Assembly (NCBI GenBank): GCA_947572405.1 | Contig: CANPBV010000001.1 | Span: 1 to 42,353, forward strand | DNA from: an uncultured Mycoplasmatota bacterium | GTDB lineage: Bacteria > Bacillota_I > Bacilli_A > RF39 > UBA660 | DNA length: 42,353 nt | Reading direction: 5' to 3' | In this document: positions 27,983 to 38,025 of the stretch, piece by piece | Layout: each line of letters opens with the position of its first letter | Position numbering within the stretch: position 1 is the first letter of the stretch | The notes under the pieces: model-generated | Database searches by the model: none | The model's input: the letters and a program-made list of their open reading frames with translations, nothing else | What the model was told of the DNA's origin: nothing | Position numbers and translations under genes: made by a program

Positions 27983-28004
27983 AAAAAACCTTCTTTTTAG
28001 AAGG
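27983..28004 (-). terminator. Hairpin plus U-run between the lipoprotein and MBOAT genes
   Basis: The minus strand reads ccttct-aaaa-agaagg followed by tttttt. Confidence 0.45.
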
Positions 28005-28005
28005 C

Positions 28006-28494
28006 TTATTTTCCTAGTGCTTTAAAACTTTCACTTAATTTTTTTGCGTAATCATTATTCATAATTAAAACAATGACATCTCCAATATTATCAACGATAA
28101 CATTTTCCTCTTCTACACCAACACAAATCCATTTTCTTGGATCCACTTTTTCCTTAATATCTTTTTTGGCTTGCTCTATATCTGCTCCTTTGTTCATACG
28201 AACTAATACTACTGAATGCGCTGTTGAACCAACCATAGATTCAGAGGCTAACGCTTCTTTGTAATCTAATTTGTCTACCCCTAAATAATAAGATAAAGTT
28301 TCTCCAGTCACTTCTTTATCTTCTAAAAACATAAAGTCTTCTTCTTCATTAATGCCAGCACCTTTATATAATTTTCTCATTAATTCTGGCAATGTGCCCT
28401 CTAAATTCTTTTCCTTTTTTTCGCCACATCCAGTAATAGATAACATCATAACAAATGCCATCATCACTACTACAATTTTAGATAATTTTTTCAT
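28006..28494 (-). CDS. Lipoprotein (DUF4358-like)
   Basis: Lipobox LSITGC. The remainder resembles the DUF4358 pattern as I recall it (not searched). Confidence 0.65.
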   Translation of the reverse strand: MKKLSKIVVVMMAFVMMLSITGCGEKKEKNLEGTLPELMRKLYKGAGINEEEDFMFLEDKEVTGETLSYYLGVDKLDYKEALASESMVGSTAHSVVLVRMNKGADIEQAKKDIKEKVDPRKWICVGVEEENVIVDNIGDVIVLIMNNDYAKKLSESFKALGK

Positions 28495-28511
28495 ATTTTC
28501 CTCCCAATATT

Positions 28512-28946
28512 TTATCTTTCTATTTTTTGATACAAGAAGTAAGAGTTTTCACATTTGACAATAATCGTATCTTTTTGTTCCCCCTGATAAATTATAAATT
28601 TCTTATTGTTATCATATACTGTATCTAAATATTTCATCCCCTCTTTATTTTTTACCCCTTTTACTTTTTCATAACAGATATTTTGATAACAAAGATCATT
28701 TGTTTCTTCCATTGCTGTTCTTGGCCCTATAGAAGTTGGATTAATTCCCATATCTTCTTTTTCAAAACCATTTACAATTAAGAAACAGAAAACAAAACAA
28801 AGCGATACCATTCCTAACTTCCAAACATAATTTATAGAAAATTTTGTTTTTCTTTTTCTTGAAAGAATATTTTCTAACATCTTATCTTTTTTATTCTTAC
28901 TAGGTTCCACCTTATTTAAAGCTTGAATAAATGTTTTATTCTTCAT
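28512..28946 (-). CDS. Putative anti-sigma factor (single-pass membrane protein)
   Basis: 144 aa with one central TM. The ORF overlaps the upstream ECF sigma gene by 11 nt. The assignment rests on position only. Confidence 0.45.
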   Translation of the reverse strand: MKNKTFIQALNKVEPSKNKKDKMLENILSRKRKTKFSINYVWKLGMVSLCFVFCFLIVNGFEKEDMGINPTSIGPRTAMEETNDLCYQNICYEKVKGVKNKEGMKYLDTVYDNNKKFIIYQGEQKDTIIVKCENSYFLYQKIER

Positions 28947-29424
28947 TTTTTTCCCCCTCTAAGAGTTCACGCAAGTAACTTCTCCCCCTATGTAGATAAG
29001 ATCTTACAGTTGCTTCGTTCATATGTAGAATAGTAGCTATCTCGTTTGTATGATATCCCTCATAATAATAACAATACAGAACTGTTTTATATTTTTGGGG
29101 AAGATGTAATAAAGTTTCCAAGGTTTCATCCTTTTTTTCCCAAGTTGCGATATCCAATTCTTTAAACATAACCTTTTGTTTCCACCAATGTTTCAGATTA
29201 TTTTTACACATATTGCTAGCGGTTACAATCAGCCAAGCTTTTCTATGATTTTCATCTTTAAATATAGGCTCCGACGTAAATAATTTCACAAAAACATTTT
29301 GAACAATATCTTCTGTATCAGAGTGGTTTTTAAAATATAGAAAACAAATTCGATAAACCATATCTACATATTTTTGGTAAATTTTAATAAACTCTTCTTC
29401 TCTTTGTACCAAAGAGGCATGCAT
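28936..29424 (-). CDS. ECF-type sigma-70 family RNA polymerase sigma factor
   Basis: Region 2 (DTEDIVQNVFVKLF...HRKAWLIVTASNMCKN) and a region 4 HTH (YEGYHTNEIATILHMNEATVRSYLHRGR). Confidence 0.85.
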   Translation of the reverse strand: MHASLVQREEEFIKIYQKYVDMVYRICFLYFKNHSDTEDIVQNVFVKLFTSEPIFKDENHRKAWLIVTASNMCKNNLKHWWKQKVMFKELDIATWEKKDETLETLLHLPQKYKTVLYCYYYEGYHTNEIATILHMNEATVRSYLHRGRSYLRELLEGEKNEE

Positions 29425-29493
29425 ACATTCACTCCTCTCATATATAAAACAATTGAATATTCAAAAATGTTGCACGAAAAAGAAAAAAATTAT

Positions 29494-30501
29494 TTAATTT
29501 TCATCTAATACACTTTCATAAATTTCAATTAGTTTTTTTCCGATTAATTTTAGGTCCCTTTCTTTTGCTACTTCGTATCCTGCTTCTACCAAAGATGGCA
29601 GTTTTCCTTCTAATATTCCTTTTATTTTCTCTTCAAATTCATCAATATCTTTTGCTTTATAAACATTTTTGCCATCTTCCAACCATTCTGAGAATACTGG
29701 AATATCCCTGATTAAAGATGGAATCTTGGCTGCGCATGCTTCAATAATAGGAATTCCCTCTGTTTCTTCTAAGGTTGGAAACAAATATAAATTAGCCCCT
29801 GATAAGGCATCTCTTATCATAGTAGATTCTACATATCCCGCGAAGTGCAAATTCGGTAATTCTGTATTCACCGCTTCTCTAATTTTTAATGGACTTGCAG
29901 ATAATGGACTATATCCAAACCAAATAAATTTATATTCTGGAAGCCGTTTCGCTAATTCTACAAAGTCCAAAATCCCTTTTCGTTCTATATATAGTCCAAT
30001 ACCAACAATCACTTTTTCATGTTCTTGGTATCCATAAAATTCTCTAAAGGCTTGTCCTTTTTTTGAATTATGTTCAAAAAAACTAACATCAATGCCATTT
30101 GATAAAGCAACAATTGGCGCTTCTATCGTTCCATAACTTTCTAATAATCTTTTAGAATAAGGAGTTGGAGTAATAATTTTATCTCCTAAATTATAACATT
30201 TGGTAATCCACCATTTAAAAATTGGAGCCATTTGATTCGAAAAAATAAATGAATTTTTAAAATCCTCTTCGGTTGAATGGGCATGATAAATCACTTTTTT
30301 TCCCGCATCTTTTGCTTTTTTAGCGAGTGCAAAAGAATTTGGACCATAGAAATTAATATGTACAATATCATAAGTATCATTTGGATCGGTTGTATGGTCA
30401 ATATGGTTTTCTTCTAAAGCTTTTAGTTGATGCTTAATCGCTTTTCCTAATCCAGATTTTTCTATTTGTTTTAATCCCTCTGTATACAGTAATACTTTCA
30501 T
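29494..30501 (-). CDS. GT4-family glycosyltransferase
   Basis: GT-B layout with the EX7E-type region TEGIPIIEACAAKIPSL. Size and N-terminus (GLGKAI) resemble lipid/teichoic glucosyltransferases. Confidence 0.8.
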   Translation of the reverse strand: MKVLLYTEGLKQIEKSGLGKAIKHQLKALEENHIDHTTDPNDTYDIVHINFYGPNSFALAKKAKDAGKKVIYHAHSTEEDFKNSFIFSNQMAPIFKWWITKCYNLGDKIITPTPYSKRLLESYGTIEAPIVALSNGIDVSFFEHNSKKGQAFREFYGYQEHEKVIVGIGLYIERKGILDFVELAKRLPEYKFIWFGYSPLSASPLKIREAVNTELPNLHFAGYVESTMIRDALSGANLYLFPTLEETEGIPIIEACAAKIPSLIRDIPVFSEWLEDGKNVYKAKDIDEFEEKIKGILEGKLPSLVEAGYEVAKERDLKLIGKKLIEIYESVLDEN

Positions 30502-30560
30502 AGAGACCTCCCTTTTATCTAATATAAGGATAACACAAACTTGTTATCGTTGCAAGAAAC

Positions 30561-31604
30561 TTATCGGTTCTTCATTTCTTCTTTTAAAACCTCTAATTGT
30601 TTTTTAAATGCCGATGGAAGTGCATAATTGTCTAATAAGGTGGTTATACAAATCCATTCATTTTCATCTTCTATTTCTTCTACATATACTATGTAATTTG
30701 TCATTTGCCATATTTTATGAGTAAAAATATGCTTTGATGATTCTACTTCTAAGATTCTCAAAATAGAATATTCCTGTTTTTTCAAATATTCTAATGCTTC
30801 TTTCAAATTGAATTTTTGTTTCACATTTGGAAATTCATACATGGAAGCGAGTAATCCTCTACCTGGCCTTTTATGAATCGCTACTTTGTTATAATTTAAC
30901 AAAATAAAAACGGTATATTCTTCTTCTACTTTTTCCTTTTTAGAGTCTTTGATGGGTAGTTCTAACATTGTTCCAGTTTTAAAAGATTCGCACAGTTCTT
31001 TTAAAGGACAAATTTCACAACGTGGAAGCCCGTTTGGGATGCAAACAGTAGCTCCTAATTCCATCAAAGCTTGATTAAAAATTCCAGGGTTTTCTGGCAT
31101 AATTTCCGTTAACTCTTGAAACAATTCTTTTTTGGTAGATAGCTTACTGATATTTCTTTTAGAGTTTTGAAGACGCATGATAACCCGAAACACATTCCCA
31201 TCAATAGCTGGAGTTTTTTCACCAAAGGCAATAGAAGCAATAGCGCCTGCTGTATATTCTCCAATTCCTGGTAATTTCATAATTTCTTCATAAGTATTTG
31301 GCATTTTTCCATGATATTTATCCATGATTTGGATCGCAGCCTTTTTTAAATTTCTAGCTCTAGAATAATATCCTAACCCCTCCCAGAGTTTTAATAATCG
31401 TTCTTCTTCTATGTGTGCCAATGCTTCTATATTAGGAAGTTCCTTCGTAAATCGTTCATAATAAACCTTGACTGCTTCCACTCTAGTTTGTTGAAGCATA
31501 ATTTCGGATACCCAAATATGATATGGTTCTGTATCTTTTCGCCACGGCAAATCCCTTTTATTTCTCCCATACCAATTGCACAATGGTTCTACAATTCTTC
31601 GCAT
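30561..31604 (-). CDS. mutY: A/G-specific adenine DNA glycosylase
   Basis: WRKDTEPYHIWVSEIMLQQTRV, HhH-GPD (LPGIGEYTAGAI), a 4Fe-4S Cys cluster (CIPNGLPRCEICPLKELC), and a C-terminal Nudix-like domain. Confidence 0.9.
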   Translation of the reverse strand: MRRIVEPLCNWYGRNKRDLPWRKDTEPYHIWVSEIMLQQTRVEAVKVYYERFTKELPNIEALAHIEEERLLKLWEGLGYYSRARNLKKAAIQIMDKYHGKMPNTYEEIMKLPGIGEYTAGAIASIAFGEKTPAIDGNVFRVIMRLQNSKRNISKLSTKKELFQELTEIMPENPGIFNQALMELGATVCIPNGLPRCEICPLKELCESFKTGTMLELPIKDSKKEKVEEEYTVFILLNYNKVAIHKRPGRGLLASMYEFPNVKQKFNLKEALEYLKKQEYSILRILEVESSKHIFTHKIWQMTNYIVYVEEIEDENEWICITTLLDNYALPSAFKKQLEVLKEEMKNR

Positions 31605-32716
31605 TCTTCCACCTCAATGGTACTACTATTTTTAGTAGCACTCAGTTTCTCATACCAAAATATTTTTTTTGTAAATAATGTAATAAGAAAATGAATAAAC
31701 ATAACCAAAGTAAATACTAAAAATCCAGAGACAAAGAACCACAATATCAATCTAGAAGTGCCTGATAAATGATTGAATAAAGAAACAAGAAACATAAAAT
31801 AATAAGGGGCTGGTAATAAAAATAAATATAAAATTCCATATCGAATCAAATACTGATACCAAAGAGGTTTTTCGTCAGTCATCGTTACAATTTTGATATT
31901 CATCCATTTCTTCCCATAGGTATAACCTTTTCTTGCAATTGGAACAATCATAAAGATAATAATGATGGAGAAAAGATATTGTAACAATACGTTATCTACA
32001 CCGAGCACCGCAAAGAAAAGGGTTACTAAACTGACTAAAAATAGGTCAATCCAAACAGCCATGGCTCTTCTAAAAACGGAAATTCTTTTTCCTTTCATGT
32101 AAGAAAGTGTATCTAGTTTCTCCCTTTTTGGCAAAAAATGACTGAAAATTGGTGTTATTCCATAACCGATGATTCCACCTAACGTATTTAAAAATAAGTC
32201 ATCTACATCAAATAAGCGATATGGTCTAGGATAAATTCCATATAATCCTGAAAGCTGTGTAAGTTCAAAAAAGAGTGTTAATAAAAAGGTAAAGAAGAAT
32301 GTTTTTTTAAAAGAACAATTAAAATAATATCGTAAATAAATTCCAAATGGAATCGTTAATAAAATATTATAAAATGCTTGATAAAAATAGGGTTCTTTTA
32401 ATACTTCCAAATAAGTACTAGGATCATTCCATATAAAACTGCTCTTTAAAACAAGATCTCTAATAAATGCAAATGGAACTAATTGTACCCATTCTGTTGT
32501 CATATTCTGGACACTGTCTATAGAAGGAAGTGGTAAAATAACTAGAAAATAAATACAAGTTAAATATAAAATAAAAGAATATACAATCGCCACCCTAAGA
32601 AGCAAGACAGATCCATATTTATGATATTGATGAAAGATATAAGGGAGTGTAAAAAGAAATGCGATAAATGGAAATGCAAGGAATGCAAACCTGATTGGTT
32701 CTATATACTCTGACAT
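31589..32716 (-). CDS. VanZ-like / RDD-domain fusion membrane protein
   Basis: N-terminal half carries the VanZ motif (FELTQLSG...FDVDDLFLNTLGGIIGYG). C-terminal half is RDD-like (RRAMAVWIDLFLVSL, then 3 TMs). The 3' end overlaps mutY by 16 nt. Confidence 0.65.
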   Translation of the reverse strand: MSEYIEPIRFAFLAFPFIAFLFTLPYIFHQYHKYGSVLLLRVAIVYSFILYLTCIYFLVILPLPSIDSVQNMTTEWVQLVPFAFIRDLVLKSSFIWNDPSTYLEVLKEPYFYQAFYNILLTIPFGIYLRYYFNCSFKKTFFFTFLLTLFFELTQLSGLYGIYPRPYRLFDVDDLFLNTLGGIIGYGITPIFSHFLPKREKLDTLSYMKGKRISVFRRAMAVWIDLFLVSLVTLFFAVLGVDNVLLQYLFSIIIIFMIVPIARKGYTYGKKWMNIKIVTMTDEKPLWYQYLIRYGILYLFLLPAPYYFMFLVSLFNHLSGTSRLILWFFVSGFLVFTLVMFIHFLITLFTKKIFWYEKLSATKNSSTIEVEECEEL

Positions 32717-32786
32717 TTTATCCCTCCTTCATTTTATTTATTATAACATAGAACAAAGGAAAGATTTATTACTGTTTTGTAAGAAT

Positions 32787-33383
32787 TTAGAAATTATCAA
32801 AATTCAAAAATAAACGTATTAGTAAAAGAAAACAAATTGGTTGTTTTAAGAAAAGTGCAAACAACATCAAAATGATACAAACACTCCTTTTCTGTTCCAC
32901 AGAAAATTTATCAATTGTAAACGCCAAAATAAAAGAACAAATAGCGAGTACTATTCCAATTGGACCTTCAAAAATACTCATACTAATTTGACTAAAATAA
33001 GTTGCAAAACCAATGGCTCCTATCATTAAAAATAACCATATGGTAAGATTGGTTTCACAAACATATTTTTCTTTCTTAGAAAAAAAGCTTATTATTAATA
33101 ATAATAGTAAACACATATAAATAATCCAAAAAGAAAATTCACTTCGATAAACAAACATAAAAAATAAAATTATAAGTTCTGAAAATAATAAAATAACATA
33201 ATACCAACTAGAAATAATTTTGTTATATTTTCTTCGAAAAAATATTTTTGTTGGTTCTACAAATAACCAAAGAACACTAAAAATTGTCCATAATGAGTTG
33301 CCCTCTCTATAAGGAAGTACAAATCCTAATATAGAACTACCAAGCAGAATGAAAGCACTTAAAATAATGCCTAATAAATGCAT
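32787..33383 (-). CDS. Hypothetical polytopic membrane protein
   Basis: Six or so hydrophobic segments. Start moved to the ATG at 33383 (SD GAGGTGA 6 nt upstream) from the GTG at 33392. Confidence 0.5.
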   Translation of the reverse strand: MHLLGIILSAFILLGSSILGFVLPYREGNSLWTIFSVLWLFVEPTKIFFRRKYNKIISSWYYVILLFSELIILFFMFVYRSEFSFWIIYMCLLLLLIISFFSKKEKYVCETNLTIWLFLMIGAIGFATYFSQISMSIFEGPIGIVLAICSFILAFTIDKFSVEQKRSVCIILMLFALFLKQPICFLLLIRLFLNFDNF

Positions 33384-33686
33384 GTTAATCACCTCGTATA
33401 ATATAGTTAAGATATTTTTTAACTATATTTTCTTATATTTAGATTTTTGGTTTTGAGATATCTATAAACTCATTATTTTGTCGATTGTAGAGTTTATATT
33501 ATAATGTCTGTAGAGACAAGTGGTTTTAGCAATCATCTTGAACATTTGGTTCTTAAGAAAGACCAAAGCCTCTTCTTTACAAATTGGATATTAATATTGC
33601 TTGTTCACTTTTGTCCAATTTATTATATCATACTAGCAATTTTTCATAAAATCAGTTATAATGAAATCATACGAGGAGGTTACAAT

Positions 33687-34097
33687 ATGAAAGAGCACTT
33701 GAGAAAGCATGAAATTACTTATCTCATTATATTCATTACCTTTTGTCTTATTTTAGCGACTATTTTTATTTATTTAGGAACAGAAGCCAAAAAGAAAAAC
33801 CATTATACCAAGGAAGAAGCAATTGGAATTATGAAACTAAAAGCAGATCAGCTTACAAGACTCATTGAAATTAGCTCTTCTGAAAATACTTGTAAAGAAA
33901 GTGAGGCCACTACTTTAACCAGCAAAGAAATGGAGACTTATGGCTTTGATAAAAAATTTTATAAAAAAGTAGTTTATACATTAAAATGTGAAAATGAAAA
34001 ACAAATTGTTTCTATTTCTATTACAGGAAAAGGAAGTCTTAGTGGTTATGAAATCAAAAATTATATTAGTAATCAAAAAAAAGAGAATTCGCGTTAA
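33687..34097 (+). CDS. Hypothetical membrane-anchored protein (136 aa)
   Basis: Start set at MKEHLRK (SD GAGGAGG at 33674-33680) rather than the ORF-track start at 33504. One N-terminal TM. Confidence 0.5.
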   Translation: MKEHLRKHEITYLIIFITFCLILATIFIYLGTEAKKKNHYTKEEAIGIMKLKADQLTRLIEISSSENTCKESEATTLTSKEMETYGFDKKFYKKVVYTLKCENEKQIVSISITGKGSLSGYEIKNYISNQKKENSR

Positions 34098-34996
34098 TTC
34101 TCTTTTATAAATCCATGTTTTTTCAAAAATGCTATTGTGGTATCTTTACTATTATGTCCTTCTTGCTCATCTATATTGTCCCCATTTTCAAGTATCAATG
34201 TAAGTGGTGTTCCAAATGATTCTCGTTCTTTAAAATAGGACAAGGAACTCATTAAGTCATAAGTCTCTCTTTTTTCCCAATCAGTTAAATTTACAAAATA
34301 AATAGTTATATTATATTCTTTTGCAATTTCATTAATCACTGGTTTAAAAGCTGTACAAGCTCCACATCCTGTTTGCCCCAATACGATAATCGCTTTTTCT
34401 TTAGAATCATAAATTTCCTTATATTTTTCATAATCAATAAATGTTAGGTTGGTATAATCTTCTGTATTATTGTTAGAACTATTGGCTGCTTCTGTACTAG
34501 AAGTGTAAGTTTCACTTTCTCCTATAATGCCATTCTTTTGTAATGTTGAAAATAGTCCAGACTCTGATAAATATCCTTTTACTTCTTCATACTTTTGACC
34601 GTTCTCTAGGAATGCCATATATGGAGTTCCAATATCATCCAAATTTTTTCCTAGTTTTTCTAATACACTTTCTAATGTATTGGTATTCATAGTTGCTGCA
34701 TCAATATAATAATATGTAAAATGATAAGCTTCACTTAAATATTTCATATAAGGAGTAAACTCACTACAGACTCCACAACTGGAACTGCCTATGAATAAAA
34801 CTTTTTTCCCCTCACCCTCAAAGGCCTTCTCATAATCTGTCGAATATTTTCCACTATAAGTTACATTTCCTGAATTTTCATTATTATAATCATTCTGTTT
34901 ACTAGAATCCTTTTGCAATAATCCAGCTAATAATAATAGAACTAATGATCCCATTATTATTGATATAGCAATTACAACTTTCTTATTTTCATTCAT
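34094..34996 (-). CDS. Membrane-anchored protein with two thioredoxin-fold domains, both CxxC
   Basis: N-terminal KK plus a TM anchor, then domain 1 (LFIGSSSCGVCSEF) and domain 2 (IVLGQTGCGACTAF). Each domain has a downstream GTP(Y/L) cis-Pro-type loop. Confidence 0.7.
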   Translation of the reverse strand: MNENKKVVIAISIIMGSLVLLLLAGLLQKDSSKQNDYNNENSGNVTYSGKYSTDYEKAFEGEGKKVLFIGSSSCGVCSEFTPYMKYLSEAYHFTYYYIDAATMNTNTLESVLEKLGKNLDDIGTPYMAFLENGQKYEEVKGYLSESGLFSTLQKNGIIGESETYTSSTEAANSSNNNTEDYTNLTFIDYEKYKEIYDSKEKAIIVLGQTGCGACTAFKPVINEIAKEYNITIYFVNLTDWEKRETYDLMSSLSYFKERESFGTPLTLILENGDNIDEQEGHNSKDTTIAFLKKHGFIKEN

Positions 34997-35120
34997 ATCT
35001 ACACCTTCTCTATTTCATAATGATTATATACTGACTTTATTTCCCTGTCAATTAAATTCACAAAAATCTCAAGCAAAAAATAGTAAAATATGATATACTA
35101 TAAACAAGGAGGTATTTTAT

Positions 35121-35480
35121 ATGAAAAAATTTTGTGAAAATTGTGGTGCTGAATTAAAGGAAAATAGCGAAGTATGCTTAGAATGTGGAAAATACGTTTC
35201 TAAAAAAGGAAACAATGGAAATGGTGAAGAAAATAATAAGTTAGCCCTTTCAGGTTTTATTGTTTCAATCGCTTCTTTGATTATTAACTTTGCAGGCATC
35301 GTTGGTTTGGTAGGTGCTATTCTATCAGGAATTGGACTAGCTCAAGTAAGCAAAGGAAATGGAAAAGGAAAAGGTTTGGCTATCGCTGGATTAATTGTTG
35401 GTATCTTTAGTATCATATATGGAATCTATAGTATTATTAATTTGGCTGATACACTTAGTGAACTTGCACTATTCTTCTAA
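35121..35480 (+). CDS. Zinc-ribbon plus DUF4190-like membrane protein
   Basis: CENCGAELKENSEVCLECG zinc ribbon followed by two Gly-rich TM helices. Confidence 0.7.
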   Translation: MKKFCENCGAELKENSEVCLECGKYVSKKGNNGNGEENNKLALSGFIVSIASLIINFAGIVGLVGAILSGIGLAQVSKGNGKGKGLAIAGLIVGIFSIIYGIYSIINLADTLSELALFF

Positions 35481-35508
35481 AAAAAATGATATTTGATTAT
35501 CATTTTTT
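35481..35508. terminator. Bidirectional terminator between convergent genes
   Basis: aaaaaatgata (35481-35491), loop tttgat, tatcatttttt (35498-35508): a perfect 11-bp stem with A/T runs on both sides. Confidence 0.6.
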
Positions 35509-35514
35509 TCTTAC

Positions 35515-38022
35515 CTAAAAACTATTTTCTTTTAGGACATCTATGATATTATCCTTCTTTAATTTTCTTGTTGCATAAAACATAGAAGTAAATACAATTA
35601 TCGTAATTACAATCATGATAATGATAATATAGTTAGTAGGAAATGGCATTTTTGGGCTTTCATTATTTGGAACGATATTTTGAATTTTATAAAATAACCA
35701 AATGATAAATAATGAAAAAGAAATACCATAAAATAATGATTTTGCTCCAAATAACAAGCTTTCAAAGAAAATCATTTTATGAAATCCTTTCGGTGTCATT
35801 CCAACACTTCTTAGCATAGCAAATTCATTTTTTCTTAGTTGTATATTAGTATAAATCGTATTAAAAACACTCGTAACTGCTATCATTAAAATAAAACCAA
35901 TAATAAAATAAAGTAAAAATTGGTACAAAAATAAATTTTGTTTTTTCAAATACATTTCATAAGATTCGTTATGATAGCCAATATATAAATCAGGATATTC
36001 AGAAATCACATTTTTCATATTTTTTTCTAATTTATAATAATCTTTTGTCTCTACTTGAATTAGGTAGGTAGGTGAATATTCCTTTAAGCTATAATTTGCT
36101 TCCTTTAAATATGCCTGATACATATCTGTGGAAATAAAAATTTGCGGATTAGATCGATATAATCCATAACCATCTGGTAAAATATCAGTCTCATAAAAAT
36201 CTATTATATTCGTAAATGGTAGTAAATCTTTTTCTTTGTCAAGAAATTGTCTTGCATAAATATCAATTTCAAAATTCATATCTTTTAAATTTTCAAATAT
36301 TTTAGAAGATCTATGTTCTAAAACTTCGTTGTCCTCAAAATCTTCCCCATAAATATCCCATTCTGCATAATTAATAATAACTGGTTTCTCTTTCTTGTAT
36401 CCAAGTTTTTTTAAATATGCTTTATAATCTTCATTTCGCAAAACAGTTATTAAAACACTAAGACCAAATTTTCCTTCTGTTATGTTATAATCAGAAACAA
36501 ATTGCGGCTCTACATCACTTTCATAAAATCCTATCACAAATTGATGATACTGACGCGTTTTAATTTGACACCCTTTTGTAACATCATGATAAAAACGATC
36601 AGCTTGCTTTTCATCTCCATGAACACTCATTTCGACATTAAAGTTTCCTTCCATTTCTTTATTGTATGAAACACTTCCTATATAGGTATTAAAAAAGCTT
36701 GAAAAAGTAATAAATAAAACAATGCTGATAAATAGAGATAAAATTGTAATTCGATATTTTTTCTTATTACGCTTGCTATTTTTATAGGCAATTTTTGATT
36801 CAAAACCAAATATTTTTCCGATGAAAAACCCACCTTTTAAAGACCTCTTATTATATTTTATATCAGTCGTTAGTTGAATTGCTTCTATCGGTGTCATTTC
36901 AAAAACACGCATAGCTGGAAAAAAGGCAGATAAATAAATCGTTATCAATATAAAAATAAGTGGCATGATTAAAAATAAAGGATAAAGAGAAAGTGTATAC
37001 TGATAAAAATTTACATCGCGCATCACATAATTGATAAACAAGAGTAATAATTGCATCATTCCAAGGCTCAATAAAAACCCAATTGGAATAGCAATAACTG
37101 CAATTATAGTTGCTTCCATCATAACAGATAAGAATAACTGCCATCTTGTTGCTCCTATACTAGATAAAGTTCCCAAAGTCTTTTTTCGCTCGGTAACAGA
37201 AATTGCAAATGAATTATAAATTACAATAATCGAAGCTACTCCTAATACAGTTAACAATAACATCAAACACAAAAGCAAAATAGCGAGTTTTCCATAGCTT
37301 CTAACAATACCATTTAATTCTAACAATGGCTCATTAATATTTTCGTGTTCATGAACCAGTTTTCCACCAACAACATCAGAGGCTAACCCAAGCTCATTGG
37401 ATAATTCAAAAATATTATCCAAAGAATCCCCCAAATTTTTTAATGTGACATAAAAGTTGACAGTATCCTCCAGTTCTAAACCGCTATTCATATAAACTTT
37501 CTCTTCATCGCCATAATACCGATAATAATCTTCTCCATTTATAATACCTACAATTTTATAATTTTGATTATCTAAAACAATTTCTTCTCCAACACGTTTT
37601 CCAGTCATTTGTGCAAAGCGATTACTAACTAGAAGTTCTGCTTCACTATTTGGATAACGACCATCTAAAAGTTCAAAAAAACCAAGTGTATATCCATTTC
37701 TGTCAATAATATCGACTGTTCGTTTTTCATATTTGCCTTTCTCAAATACTACACTTTTAACAGTTTTCTCATATTCTATAACATCTACATTGTGATTTTG
37801 CTTTATTTTTTTGTAGTCTTTAAATGAAAGATCATCATATTTTACATGGTAAGCTCCTGTTTCAACTTTAATATTATACTTCATTGCTTCTCTTAAAGTG
37901 GAAGCCCCTATTCCAAGTCCAAACATCAAAACACAAGTAAGAATAACTCCTATAATTGTAACCATAGTTCTATTTTTATTTTGTATTAAATTTCTTTTTG
38001 TAAATTGATAAAGTATTTTCAT
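35515..38022 (-). CDS. ABC transporter permease, duplicated FtsX/MacB type
   Basis: 835 aa. Twice the pattern TM, large extracytoplasmic domain, 3 TMs. Starts 3 nt after the ATPase gene. Confidence 0.85.
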   Translation of the reverse strand: MKILYQFTKRNLIQNKNRTMVTIIGVILTCVLMFGLGIGASTLREAMKYNIKVETGAYHVKYDDLSFKDYKKIKQNHNVDVIEYEKTVKSVVFEKGKYEKRTVDIIDRNGYTLGFFELLDGRYPNSEAELLVSNRFAQMTGKRVGEEIVLDNQNYKIVGIINGEDYYRYYGDEEKVYMNSGLELEDTVNFYVTLKNLGDSLDNIFELSNELGLASDVVGGKLVHEHENINEPLLELNGIVRSYGKLAILLLCLMLLLTVLGVASIIVIYNSFAISVTERKKTLGTLSSIGATRWQLFLSVMMEATIIAVIAIPIGFLLSLGMMQLLLLFINYVMRDVNFYQYTLSLYPLFLIMPLIFILITIYLSAFFPAMRVFEMTPIEAIQLTTDIKYNKRSLKGGFFIGKIFGFESKIAYKNSKRNKKKYRITILSLFISIVLFITFSSFFNTYIGSVSYNKEMEGNFNVEMSVHGDEKQADRFYHDVTKGCQIKTRQYHQFVIGFYESDVEPQFVSDYNITEGKFGLSVLITVLRNEDYKAYLKKLGYKKEKPVIINYAEWDIYGEDFEDNEVLEHRSSKIFENLKDMNFEIDIYARQFLDKEKDLLPFTNIIDFYETDILPDGYGLYRSNPQIFISTDMYQAYLKEANYSLKEYSPTYLIQVETKDYYKLEKNMKNVISEYPDLYIGYHNESYEMYLKKQNLFLYQFLLYFIIGFILMIAVTSVFNTIYTNIQLRKNEFAMLRSVGMTPKGFHKMIFFESLLFGAKSLFYGISFSLFIIWLFYKIQNIVPNNESPKMPFPTNYIIIIMIVITIIVFTSMFYATRKLKKDNIIDVLKENSF

Positions 38023-38025
38023 AAA

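Noticed and set aside
33504-33686. 61-codon N-terminal extension of ORF 33504..34097
   Set aside because: The ATG at 33504 has no SD. The strong GAGGAGG at 33674-33680 serves the ATG at 33687, and promoter-like hexamers lie inside the extension.
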